DNA of 40,733 nt. It comes from Octopus bimaculoides. Its lineage: Eukaryota. The number at the start of each line of letters is the position of its first letter. Position 1 is the first letter of the stretch. Shown here piece after piece: positions 22,771 through 34,913 of the stretch. Both the position numbers and the translations under genes were made by a program. The notes under the pieces were generated by a model, which made no database searches, had not been told where the DNA came from, and worked only from the letters and a program-made list of their open reading frames with translations. The stretch spans positions 11,342,713 through 11,383,445 of the forward strand of contig NC_068983.1 of assembly GCF_001194135.2 (NCBI RefSeq), written 5' to 3'.

Positions 22771-22780
22771 TTCACGTGAC
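22771..22780. promoter_or_regulatory. Palindromic E-box (CLEAR/MiT-TFE/USF-type GTCACGTGA)
   Basis: TTCACGTGAC, ~1.1 kb upstream of the PB1-like exon in the CpG-retaining zone. Confidence 0.3.
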
Positions 22781-23417
22781 TAAGCATATATATATGTGTG
22801 TCCGATTAAATTCATTGCTGGAAAGTATAATTTCAACCATTTCCCCATCAAGTCTCTCGTATTTCTAGCGCATAGAAATGGGATAGGCTGCATTAAATAT
22901 TGTAAGGCACTTAAACATTCATCTAATTTTTGAAAAGGCTTTCCAGTCCAGTATTCAACAAGACGCCTAAACGAAGAATTACATAAAGTGAATGCTTATT
23001 TAAAATTAAATTGCTAGATTTTTTTAAAAATCAGCTTTTTGTTATAAAGTAGCTACACCACTGACCGAAAATTAATAAAGGTTTGGCCTTCAGATGTCTA
23101 GGTTTTGTATTTATTTGGTATCATGATTCGCCATGAATTTTCATAAAAATCGGTGTCATCATTTAGTTCATGAATCGATTCATTGCACTGATATATGGAC
23201 GTCTAATTATTTAAATATATATCATCAGACGTTCACACTGATTATATTTAGTTTGGATCTCAATGATTCAAAGCCATTACTTTTTTTCATCGAGACATGT
23301 GGCTAACAAGTGCAAAATTAAAATATTTAGGTCTTTCTCTTAAAGCTTCTTCTACCATTGACTGGAGCAGACTACGACTGAATAACTTGACTAAAATGTC
23401 TGACGGCTGTCTGCCAG

Positions 23418-23425
23418 TGACGTCA
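23418..23425. promoter_or_regulatory. Full CRE palindrome
   Basis: TGACGTCA, ~450 bp upstream of the ATG at 23875. Confidence 0.4.
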
Positions 23426-23874
23426 GATGTCTTAACAGGAAAATTACTTAAGTAAAATCAATCCGCACTGTTTGTATACAATAACAATCATAACATAAAT
23501 TACGTACTTAATGTTATCGACTGAAAATATCAATATAGTTCTTTTTTATTCGCTGAAACATATTATCCAAACATTTTAATGTTACATTTTATCATTTAAC
23601 TGCTGCTTTCAAACTGCAAAAATTAAAAAAATAGGTTCTATTTCTTACAAGTGTATTAATATTTTTAGTGCTTACTGTATTTGATGTATAAATATCGGGT
23701 AGTTGTTCGGCGAATCGGTGTCAAATAGTAGTAGAATCTTATATTGTGTTATGGCTTCTGAAATTTTCCTTCATATTCCTTAACCCCCCCGAATTTCACG
23801 AAGGTTTTTTTCCTCTATTTTAAACTCATCACTTACCAATTGCAAAAAATCAGAATCTCAGAACGTTTTCCAGA

Positions 23875-23982
23875 ATGGATGGATACATCAATTTAGCGGT
23901 CAGAAGACTCGGAAACAGCGAAGACGCTTCACAGTTGATGCGGTTGCCTTATGATACGTGTTGGTCTGATCTAGAATGTATG
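23875..23982 (+). CDS. NBR1: First coding exon of a PB1-domain protein, tentatively NBR1-like autophagy receptor
   Basis: MDGYINLAVRRLGNSEDASQLMRLPYDTCWSDLECM then phase-0 donor GTACGT; acceptor-like TTTTCCAG just before the ATG; resembles human NBR1 MEPQVTLNVTF..NTTWADIEAM (recalled, not searched); no downstream exon identified. Confidence 0.5.
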
Positions 23983-24278
23983 GTACGTACTTGCATTTCC
24001 TTTCATAATTCTCCTTCTTTTTTATTTTGTCTCAAGCCGAAATGATACAAAACAAACGAACACAGACACCCACTATCTAATAACAGTAGTGTAGTGGTTG
24101 TTATTTTAGTCTTTCGAAGTTGTTTTCTAGACTAAACTTTGCAGTGTTGTGCCTCTGTTTTGGTAAACATCATAAAAATAAATAAGATATTGCCTTAATA
24201 AGACGAATCGAAAAATGAAAACAAAGACTGTTGTGCGATTTTATGACCCGTTTTGATGGCAAAAATAAAAAATACAGA

Positions 24279-24366
24279 AGTGTGTGCATAATATATATAT
24301 ATATATATGGATATTTGATACTATACACTTCGAATAATAATATATATATATATATATGTGTGTGTG

Positions 24367-24423
<57 letters not shown>

Positions 24424-24761
24424 ATTTATATATGTGTGTGTATTTATGTGTGTGTGTGTATTTATATGTGTGTGTATTTATATATGTGTGTGTATTTATA
24501 TATGTGTGTGTATTTATATATATGTGTGTATTTATATATATGTGTGTATTTATATATATATATGTGTGTGTGTATTTATATATGTGTGTGTGTGTATTTA
24601 TATATATATATGTGTGTGTGTATTTATATATATGTGTGTGTGTGTATTTATATATATGTGTGTGTGTATTTATATATATGTGTGTGTGTGTGTGTATTTA
24701 TATATATATGTGTGTGTGTGTATTTATATATATATATATATATGTGTGTGTGTATTTATAT
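24279..24761. repeat. Compound (TA)n/(TG)n minisatellite, unit ~GTGTGTATTTATATAT
   Basis: About 20 variable-length units, each punctuated by TATTTA; source of the spurious ORFs at 24231-24825. Confidence 0.92.
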
Positions 24762-25669
24762 TTTGAGTCACAAATTTACAAAGATAAACAGTAAGAAAAA
24801 GGAATTTGAGAGTTGCGTGTGCTAATAGTATGTATATATATGTTTTTTTTGTTATATATAAATCTTGGTCGGTAAATAAACAATTAAATTTGAAAGGGAG
24901 ACATTGTTTACATATATATATTTCTGTTTGAATAAATAATATTCTTTGCACGAAAGCAATTATTTGTCCGCCAAAGTACACACACGTATTTATATATAAT
25001 TATAATTCTTTATATATATATATATATATATATATATTTTAGTGTGTGTATGCAGGTGAAAAAAATAAATAAATATATGCAATTAGATTTTAGACTAGTT
25101 TGAAATCCGAAGTCTTTAATATATATAGTCTCGCCTAATATAGTTATTATATGGATATTGATACATATTATTTTGGTATGCGTTGCTCGGACTTGGTTAG
25201 TTTCTTAAAAATAATTATTGTTTTGTTATTCCCTGCTGAATGATCGACGATCAATGGAGAAGCAAACCTGTAGCCATTTCTGTGTCATCATTTTATTGAC
25301 TGACTCACCCAGACAAACAGACAGATATGTTTGTCAGTTTATTAAGAAAATAATAATAATAACCACCCAATTACGTTCATTTAAGACAATAAAATGCTTT
25401 TCAAAGACAGCAAACAAATGCAGTTATATTTTGTCTATGTCTATTTTTAACGATGTGTTTATCCTATTATAAATTTAAGATAGAGCTTGCAGCCTGTAAT
25501 ATATTGTAATAATGGTGTTTTTAATTTCATCTCAACCTTGATCTGAGTAAGAAAAATTCTTTCCCTGATCATCCCTAATTTTTTTTCTTTTTATTATTTG
25601 CCAAAATAAGATTACATACATTAATAAACGTGTCCTTCATTTTTCTAGGACAGTTGGGCGTGTGATTTA

Positions 25670-25845
25670 GCTATTCTTTCTAGCTGCTCAAATAACCACA
25701 TAATTTGGCTGGTACTTTATTTAATCGATCTTGAGAGAATGATGAAAGGCAAAATCGACGTCCTGGCTTAATGCGATTATAACAAAATAATTCCAGGACA
25801 TTTTAGTCTGACACTACCATATTCTGCCAATCCAGCTCATCCTTA
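25670..25845 (-). mobile_element. Decayed SINE family C-related copy
   Basis: GGTACTTTATTTAATCGATC..GATGAAAGGCAAAATCGAC..CTGCCAATCCAGCTCATCCTT (revcomp of family C head and core). Confidence 0.55.
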
Positions 25846-25915
25846 TAGTAATAATAATGGCTCATGTTTATATTTACTTTAGTGTTGAACAATAGACATA
25901 GAGAGAACCGTGAGA

Positions 25916-25934
25916 GCGGATGACGTCACTTCCT
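25916..25934 (-). promoter_or_regulatory. Overlapping ETS-CRE composite element
   Basis: Minus strand AGGAAGTGACGTCATCCGC, i.e. GGAAGT overlapping TGACGTCA (25921-25928). Confidence 0.55.
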
Positions 25935-26349
25935 ATATCTCTCCGGTTTCGTCTAAACACTTATATAGATATATTAGAGGGTTGGTACCCGGTTTGGTAT
26001 TCATTTTAACCTTTTCCGATTTTTTATTTATTTATTTTTGTTTGGAAAATCCTGTTTAAATAAAAGAAAAAAAAAATTTATAAATAATTCTGACGCAGTT
26101 AACTTGATTTTATTGCTTTCAGTGTCTATTTAACAAACATGGATATCTATAGTTTTTTTTTATACGTTTTAGGATAAAACCTCTGAATGTAAAATTGTAA
26201 GAAACTAATTGCCGTATTGTTGCGTTCATATCTTCTCATACATTATGTGAAGATATTAGGGTGAGAATTTCCATCTTGAATGCCTTTTTTTTAAAGAAAT
26301 AATAATATCCACAGTACAGAATTCGATAGTGTACAATATAATGCCATAC

Positions 26350-26818
26350 ATATATATATATATATATANNNNNNNNNNNNNNNNNNNNNNNNNNNNNNNN
26401 NNNNNNNNNNNNNNNNNNNNNNNNNNNNNNNNNNNNNNNNNNNNNNNNNNNNNNNNNNNNNNNNNNNNNNNNNNNNNNNNNNNNNNNNNNNNNNNNNNNN
26501 NNNNNNNNNNNNNNNNNNNNNNNNNNNNNNNNNNNNNNNNNNNNNNNNNNNNNNNNNNNNNNNNNNNNNNNNNNNNNNNNNNNNNNNNNNNNNNNNNNNN
26601 NNNNNNNNNNNNNNNNNNNNNNNNNNNNNNNNNNNNNNNNNNNNNNNNNNNNNNNNNNNNNNNNNNNNNNNNNNNNNNNNNNNNNNNNNNNNNNNNNNNN
26701 NNNNNNNNNNNNNNNNNNNNNNNNNNNNNNNNNNNNNNNNNNNNNNNNNNNNNNNNNNNNNNNNNNNNNNNNNNNNNNNNNNNNNNNNNNNNNNNATATA
26801 TATATATATATATATATA
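26350..26818. repeat. (TA)n flanking assembly gap 26369-26796
   Basis: Directly visible; the ORFs here are N artefacts. Confidence 0.9.
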
Positions 26819-27634
26819 CATACACGCACGCGTGTGTATGTGTGTGTGTAATTTCTATTTTTCAAACGTTTTTACAAAAAATAAATAAAACTAAACATCA
26901 TGTAATATATTAACTGGTACCCTGTGTAATAATTACGGTAATTAAATAGCGATGTAACAATAATTATGGTAATTTAAATTATAGGTTCCCGACAATGTGT
27001 TTACTTATTTAATCGCCGGTGTGTGATTGACAATTTCTTTTTTTTTTTTCCGTTTGATGTCTAATATGGAAATAAATATATTTTTGCATTTGTTCCAAAA
27101 TAATACTTTTTCTGTTTTAGATAATTGAAGAAAGATTTTCTCAACGAATTTTATACTATTCAGATGAAAAATAAAATAGCTTTCCTAACGTTTTAACAAT
27201 AGCTGGTAGACTGCTATTACTTCTCCACACATGCAAGTAATATCCAGCTAATTTTAGATGTTTATGTTGGGAAGGTTAGATCACCCCCACCCTTAGTACT
27301 TTGATCAATTACATTGTGTTAGTAGGGAATGAATTCTTTTCTCTGTCGACAAGGCCTTCTATTTATTTACTTTAAAGAAATGTTCAGAATAGCTTCTAAC
27401 CGGGTATATTTCTGCTACTCATTGCATTGTAAGTCCTTGGGGTAGGTATCACAGAAAGGAGCATTTGCTTGAAATTGCCCTGTTATGAGACACTGCTTTT
27501 AAAAATATCACCTAAAAAAAAATTGTTTTCATCAGTTCCACATTGGATGGACTCTTACGGCTTTTATTTCTCTGCAAAAACACGTTGTATTGAAATTAAT
27601 CTTTTAACAGATTCCTTCCAGTATCACTCTAGAC

Positions 27635-27896
27635 CAGTGTTTTCTCAATGGGGGTTCGTATGACCCCTGCGGGTCCATGTAAGTGTTTGCTGTTAAAGAT
27701 TATGTGCAATAAATTGATTATACTTCTTCAGTACACAAAATCTTTCAACAGTTGTTTTTTAAAAATACAATTCCTAATAATAATTAATTATAAAAATATA
27801 ATAGGATATTTTTTAAGAAACATTGAATGGCTATGAGGGTCCAGCCAACTAAAATTGGAATCGAAGGGGTCTGTAAAAAATAGTTCAGAACCACTA
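27635..27896 (-). mobile_element. hAT (Charlie-like) MITE, same family as 17554
   Basis: TIRs CAGTGTTTTCTCAA / TTCAGAACCACTA; left flank CTCTAGAC (Charlie-type NTCTAGAN); its revcomp aligns with the 17554 element minus the RTE insert. Confidence 0.8.
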
Positions 27897-28548
27897 CTCC
27901 ATTTAGACGCTTGCTTTTCCACCCTCAGTTACAAGAAAATGGTTATCAGACTTACTTCATTGTCGAGCAGTAGCAGTAGTTAGACAATTGCTAACAACTA
28001 CTGCGACTACTTCGTTTTAACAAGGAATTTTCTAGAGAAAACTTGGTTAGATTCTGCAAAGTTCTATTAATATTTCCGGCGATCTTTCGATTTTGGAACA
28101 TATAAATACGAGGAAGTTACTGCCGACGGGTTTGGCAGTAAATAAACTCTCGTTTTTTTTTGTTTTTTTTAATAGTAATATAGATATATGTGTGTGGTAT
28201 CAAATGCCTCTCATTTGGGTCCTGTGTAATTGCTATGAGCGATCTTTCGCTATCTGGAATATATTTTTTGTTTCAAGATTTAATAACAAAATAAATTTAA
28301 AATAAGTTACACACATGATAATTTAGGTCTGGCTATTGAGTTGAGAGAGACTGTGTAAATATTTGTTCGTCGTTATTTGATATATCGATGCCCGGGCGAC
28401 CAGCTGTTAATCTGGATTTAATATTTTTAGCCTCGTTGCTGAAATACGATCGGTGTTTTGGTCATCTAAGCAAGGTATTAGTGAAAGCAAGGGTATTTTG
28501 GTGCCTTGAGGATTAAACACAATTTATTCACAAGCCTCCATGCGGTCC

Positions 28549-28650
28549 TCGACTTGCTTAAAATCGCAACTAAATCTTCCTCAAATAGTCCCACCTCCAC
28601 CTCATACACCTTAAATAACGACCAAAAAAAAAAGCATTAGATAATCTAGA
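28549..28650. repeat. Repeat family F fragment
   Basis: CCTCGACTTGCTTAAAATCGCAACTAAATCTTCCTCAAAT..CATTAGATAATCTAG. Confidence 0.5.
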
Positions 28651-29040
28651 TGTCTTCAAAATGAACGACGATCATGTATGTTTGAATTTAAAAATTGTCC
28701 CGTACTAATTAGGATTTCATTAGATTGGAGACTCCCCTCATACACTATCAGTAATTGGTAGCGTGTCTCTTAAAGTGGTCATCTGTTGCTATCCATCGTT
28801 TTTCCCCTTATATCTATCGTACGTCATCGCGGTATCACTGGGGATCTCTCTCTCCCTTGCATTTGCTTATTTTATCGGTTTCAGCTCCATGGGTTATGAC
28901 CATACAGAGAGACTTGGTGCAAGGTTACTTATCGATATCTATCTGACAAACTGTTAAGTTTCACTGCATAAGCATACTCATTAGGACCGCAGGTTCTACA
29001 AACACTTGTGCATATGTGTATGTTATGCATGTATATATGC

Positions 29041-29177
29041 ATGATGATGATGATCATTTGACGTCCATATTCCATGCTGATATGGACGGTTTGACAGGAT
29101 CTTAAGTGTCCAAGGATTGCATCAAACTCCGTCTGCTTCGGCATTGCTTTTACAGCTGGATGCCCTTTCTAACGCTA
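29041..29177 (-). mobile_element. Decayed RTE 3' tail
   Basis: TTTGACGTCCATATTCCATGCTG..ACAGCTGGATGCCCTTTCTAACGC. Confidence 0.7.
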
Positions 29178-29233
29178 ATACACACACACACACACACACA
29201 CACATACACACACACACACACACACATATATTT

Positions 29234-29390
29234 AACGAACTTCTGCGCAGATTGTCTACCAAATTCCACTTAAGGTATTAATCACCCTTGGGCTATAGTA
29301 GAAGACATTTGGCCAGAGTACCTTGCAGTGAGGTAGAATATGATGGATGCCACATGGTTGCGAATCAAACTTAACGACACAGTCATGCGT
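29234..29390 (-). mobile_element. Decayed SINE family A 5' half
   Basis: GTCTACCAAATTCCAC..GGCTATAGTAGAAGACATTTG. Confidence 0.65.
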
Positions 29391-31207
29391 TTGCATCTAT
29401 TATGTAATTATTCATTAATTCAAGATCAGATCTGATTTAACAGGCTTATAGTTAAACAAATTTCAGCTGTGTCCATACTATCATTTTCGTTCTGGCATAG
29501 CGTATCTAAAACTATATTATTGAATGTGTCTTTTCTCTTTTTTGTTAAAGGTGGTGGTGAAGAGGATTTGGGTATTATTTCTAGCTGAGTGAGTGACCTT
29601 ATCAAGGCTATGGTCATTGATTTGCAATATAGTGTAGGTATGGCTGTGGTTAAGAAGTTTACTTGCAAGCATGTGTATCTGCGTTTGGTACTCAGTGTAG
29701 GTTTTCTGCTTTAACCTTGGGTTGACAAATGTAAAACTTGGTACAGAAATTGTGTGGAAGCTTGTTGAATATGTGAGTGCCTTTTGCCAGTCTATATCAG
29801 TGAAGGATATTAAGTATTGGCAAGAAAGAAAAAAAAGTGAATAAAATTCCCCAAGTGCCTTGTTTGTTACAGGCAATCGCTATCAGAATGCAATGAACCA
29901 ATTATTGACCCATTGGCAACTTGTAACCAACACTGTTATTGTTTATGAATTGTAATATAAATAAATGTAGGTCAATCTGATAATATAATATGGTGACAGC
30001 ATTGCATTTCAGAGAATGATATAAATCTGGTTGAATTGTACAGGTGAATAGTTATAGCTTCTGCATGAGAAGGTGCTCATTATTTACACCTGGTAGATGT
30101 TTATAGCAAATGTTGTTATTGGAACTATGAATGTGTGAGTGTTGTGTATTTGTGGGTAATTTATTTTAAACTTTTCTAGTCTAAAGATGATGGATTACTG
30201 TGGTAAATTTGATTTGTTGTTTATCCCTGTTTAGCCTGATCAAGCAAACCTTTGACCAAAAACATTCCAGCCTTGACTGTCCCATCGTCTTTTATATCTG
30301 TATAATCAAAGTCACATTAACATCTTTGATTTGATCACTTTCAAGTGTTGCTGGTTAGTGTTGGCAAAAAGAAAATTCCAGCAGATGCAATGTCAGGAAA
30401 AAAACGGTTTCACAAAATGTTTAAGCACATAGTCTGAGTATTGAGTTATCTAGTAAGACTGGCAAGAGCAGGAGAGACAGTTGCATTTAGTTTAAATGAT
30501 GATAACACATTAAATGCTCAAGATTTGAGGAACTGTCAGCAGAAGTTCTGGTCTCTGTCTAAGTTTCTATTTCAACACAAATACTGGGTTCAGTTTTTGG
30601 ACAAGGCACTAGACTTTCCCTCTCGCATACTTGGCAAACCTGTTTTTAAGAGAATTGTTGATGTCAAAACTGTTTGACTGTGATTGTTACCGATCCAAGT
30701 AATTAACTATGCTATATAATCTTTAGGTAGAGAGTTAAGTTGAGAATTCTCAGCATAAACTATCAAAAAATTATTGATATCTCGAATGACAACATGGGCA
30801 TTTTGTAAGGTTCCCTATGACTAAAGACATTTTGCTATCATATAGAATATATCTTAAATGATGGCATATTTTGAACCCATATTGAGGTGTCTGAAACCAT
30901 CATTTATAATTATAAATGATTGTTTTTATAATTATAATTGCCTCTTTGAACATGTTTGTCAGTTATGTGTTAGATACCATGTTTCCATTTCAGGGTACAA
31001 AATGAAATTGGCTTATATTTTGGCATCTTAGGTGGTGAATTGGCAGTCACTAGAGCATTGGATGAAATGCTTGCAGTATTTATTCTGGTTCCTTTCATTT
31101 TAAGTTCAAATAACACTGAGATCAACTTTGCCTTTCATTCTTCTAATAGTCTGGAGCAGTGGACTAGCAGAATCATTAGTATATATATATATATATATAT
31201 ATATATA

Positions 31208-31409
31208 CGTGCGGGTGACACGTAAAAGCACCCACTACACTCTCTGAGTGGTTGGCGTTAGGAAGGGCATCTAGCTGTAGAAACTCTGCCAAATCAGACT
31301 GGAGCCTGGTGTTGCCATCCGGTTTCACCAGTCCTCAGTCAAATCGTCCAACCCATGCTAGCATGGAAAGCGGACGTTAAACGATGATGATGATGATGAT
31401 GATGATGAT
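31208..31409 (+). mobile_element. Young RTE 3' tail inserted in (TA)n
   Basis: CpGs intact; differs from the revcomp of 34914-35100 at only a handful of positions. Confidence 0.92.
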
Positions 31410-32527
31410 ATATATATATATATATGCATGCATGCATGAATGTCTTTAGTTTGCAAATCAAGATGTTGGTACAAGAGAAATCACAGTAACTGCCAGACTA
31501 TTGCATGTTGTTATACATTGCTGGTTTCAATGCACTTCCTTGCATTATTATAGCTTTCAAATAATGCCACCCCAATGGCTAGGTGAGCAGGTTAACATTT
31601 CCCCTAAACAGAAACCTGTACACTGCAGGGTTACCCCATTCACAGCTGGGCGAACGGGAGCAATGTGAAATAGTGTTTTGCTCAAGGACATAACTGTGTG
31701 TGTGTGTGCATGCAACACTTAAATGGATAAATTGATGACAGTATATCGTGATTTCAAGTTGCCAAATAGGTTTATGGTTACTGTGAAAAAGAATTGGAAA
31801 TCTTCCAGTTGTGAGTATACGAAGTCCATCAATATGAACAGACTGAAATAGTATCGATACCAAAAAGTTGGGGTGGTTAATATCAGAACCTATACAAAGA
31901 AAATAAATTATGAAAATAATTTACTAATAGGTATGAAATTAGCAGGATTGGTAGAACATTGGACAAAATACATCATGATGTTTGATTGCATCTCTTTACA
32001 TTTATAAGTTCAAATCCAGCCAGGGTCTACTTTTCTCTGGTTTTTATAATAAGTACAGTAAACTTCCTCCTGTCTGGCTCTACCAGAAGGTTGCCAAATG
32101 ACTGAATTTTCCAGATATCTCTTAAGCACTTCTTAAATTACTGTAGCACTTTACAAAACTCATTAAAATTTTCTATATACATCAGTATTATCATTAATAT
32201 TCTGAATTTAGTAGAAATAGAAAGAAATAAAAATATGATTTAGTAAAGAATGTTTTATCAACCTAAATACAGGTACTGTCAATGCAATAAAATAAAATAA
32301 CTACTGTACTTCAAGAACCAATGATTCATTTTAGGTACAGTAGAAACTTCTTTTAATGACATTTGATTAATTAACACAAATTAGTTCAAATTTTCTTGAC
32401 TAATTAACAATGCATTCTCTTTCATTTTTCTTTGGGTGCCAGCTGCTGGAGAGTTCTGGTTATTTGAATAGCCGATAGGAGGGACTCTACTGTCCTTGGA
32501 GTAGGAATGAGTGTTGCACTGTAATCA

Positions 32528-32710
32528 ATCATCATCACCATTTAAAGTCCACTTTCCATGCTAGCATGGGTTGGACGATTTGACTGAGGACTGGCAAGCC
32601 AGATGGCTGCACCAGACTCCAATCTGATCTGGCAGGGTTGCTACAGCTGGATGCCCTTCCTAACGCCAACCACTCCAAGAGTGTAGTGGGTGTTTTTTTT
32701 ACATGCCACC
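32528..32710 (-). mobile_element. RTE 3' tail
   Basis: CCATGCTAGCATGGGTTGGACGATTTGACTGAGG..GGATGCCCTTCCTAACGCCAACC. Confidence 0.9.
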
Positions 32711-34500
32711 AATGAAGGAACCTTTATGCAGCCACTTGACTTGGTAAAAATAGCAGTCAAGCCTCACTCAAATGAAAACTACTGTGAGGATGTGCACACA
32801 TTGACTCATTGTACTTCTGGATTCTCACTGCCTGAAAAAATGGGATGGTCACCGGTTATAGGGTATCTTAATCTGGGTTAATCTGATGCTAAATAACAAC
32901 GACCAGTGAGGAATAAATATTCCAGATACTTTTGATTATTATGAAATATCACCATTTAAAGGCCTCTCTGTGTGTGTGTGTGTGTGGCGTTTAATAGTTT
33001 GCAGTGCTATATTTATGAACATTTTCTCTCAATTAGAAGATAATGGCAGGAGGCCAAGGTTTTGCGAAAGGTAACCAACACAACTACCCGCCCCCAGAAA
33101 AAAAAAAAAAAAAAACGCAACAAAAGCATCTGTATTCAGCATAGTCAGAACAGAACAGTGAGGCATTTTAATGAAAGGCTAAGCTAGTAACATCAATGTT
33201 ACATTACATTCTGTTTTATTGACATAGATGAAAAACAAAAATGGTTTGCTGACTTTTTCTGAAGCGATGTGAAGTTAAAAATAGAAATACTATATGCTCT
33301 TCATCAAATAATCTTTCTATTAAACAACATAACATTTTTTAATTAGAAGAATAGTAAGGAGGAAAAGACTTGATTATATCTTAAATAGCTGTTAGCTACA
33401 TTTTACTACATATACGCTAAGCCTGCTAAATTCATTCTTTAGTTTTATTATTGGACTGCAGAAATTAACACACGAAACGGCCAACGCAGACTTTATTGAC
33501 TTCTGTTGGAAAGAACCATGCACTCCTCCCCCTGTTTCCATCCATATTCATTCACCAGCAATATCCAAATAAAGCACTCACCCACCAAGCTGTATGCAAA
33601 TACGAACACCAGCTATCTTCAGGAATTTCTTGATATTTCATTTTAAAATGAAAAAGCTTCAGTAAGATTCATTTTCTTTTCTAAAGTATACGGAAGATTT
33701 TGGCTTTGAACAATTACTGACTTTAGAAAAGGCTAAAATGTTGACCTTTCTGACTTATCCTTCCACAACTGAGGCAGTGTACTCTTATCAGCTACTAGTA
33801 ATATTAAAACAAGAAGTTTTTTTTGTTTTGTTTATCATAGAACCAAAAGCAGTCTCAGGCAGATTGGTATCAAAAAGGTTAAAAAAATAAATGCAGTAGA
33901 CTAATTTTGCATACTAGCAGAGACAAGAAGGATCGAGAGGCTGGAATCAAACCAGAACAGTGGTAGAAAACAAGAACTGGAGAGATTGTGTTGCAGCCTT
34001 ATTTGCCTCATGGCACAGAGAGAACTAACCTTTGCCCTACCCAATATTCTTACAGGCTTTGGACAATCACTTTAGTATTCTCTTATTGGTTGAACTATAG
34101 TTACTTCTACTTTTCAATATTTATGCCTTAATTGTCCCCTGTTGTTCCTGCCTTGGTACCTTCAGGAGTTTGTATACTTTGTGAGAACCACCGATGTTTT
34201 CATGCTTTACTAAGTGTATGATGCTTTGATCTGTTCAATGAAGTAAAAATGTTATAAAAATATTATTGCAAAGAAAGTTTAAAACTTCTTTCATTGTGAT
34301 CTGAAGTTGTTTAGAAAATTTATAAAATCAGCTACAATTGTTTTTAGAGCATTTAATGCACATTCACTGTTATTCACATATTGCTAATAAAACTTTCTTC
34401 TGGGAAATTTCTTCCAAACTTTGATGTATATATTTGTGTTTAAAACACTGGTTAAAATTTTTACGGCAAGGTTTTAGTCTATCCAAAATGTTTTTAAAAT

Positions 34501-34637
34501 GTATGGTTAAGAAGCTTGCTTCTCAACCATGTCATCTTGGGTTCAGTTTGATGTGGTATCTTGGGCAAGTGTCTTCTACTATAGCTCTGGGCTGACCAAA
34601 GCTTTGTGAATGGATTTGGCAGATGGAAAGTGAAAGG
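34501..34637 (+). mobile_element. SINE family A 5' half
   Basis: GGTTAAGAAGCTTGCTTCTCAACC..TTGGGCAAGTGTCTTCTACTATAGC. Confidence 0.8.
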
Positions 34638-34638
34638 A

Positions 34639-34676
<38 letters not shown>

Positions 34677-34682
34677 CACACA

Positions 34683-34895
34683 CATGGTGGCTCAAAAGTA
34701 GGTTTACAGTTATTCAACTATCTCTTTTGCAATCATATATTAACAGTTTAGATCTTAATTATAAAAAAAATATGAAACCATTATTCTATGCTAATTTAGT
34801 TAATTGTAAGATAGTAATTTAAATGTAATAAAATGTTTTAAAAGAAATTTAAAGTGCCTATGTGATAACTGCAAACCTACTTTTGGGCCACCCTG
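34683..34895. mobile_element. Tc1/pogo-type MITE
   Basis: 31-bp TIRs CATGGTGGCTCAAAAGTAGGTTTACAGTTAT / revcomp CAGGGTGGCCCAAAAGTAGGTTTGCAGTTAT (28/31); TA on the right flank; AT-rich interior. Confidence 0.85.
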
Positions 34896-34913
34896 TATAT
34901 TCATAAATATATT

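Noticed and set aside
24231-24825. Long ORFs of 136-187 aa
   Set aside because: Translations of the (TA)/(TG) minisatellite
26236-26913. Long ORFs of 176-209 aa
   Set aside because: They span the N gap
27121-27174. IIEERFSQRILYYSDEK as the second PB1 exon
   Set aside because: Good acceptor and a YxDE-like motif, but an in-frame TAA follows with no donor before it
30441-30677. 78-aa ORF
   Set aside because: Non-ATG start, no splice support and no recognisable domain
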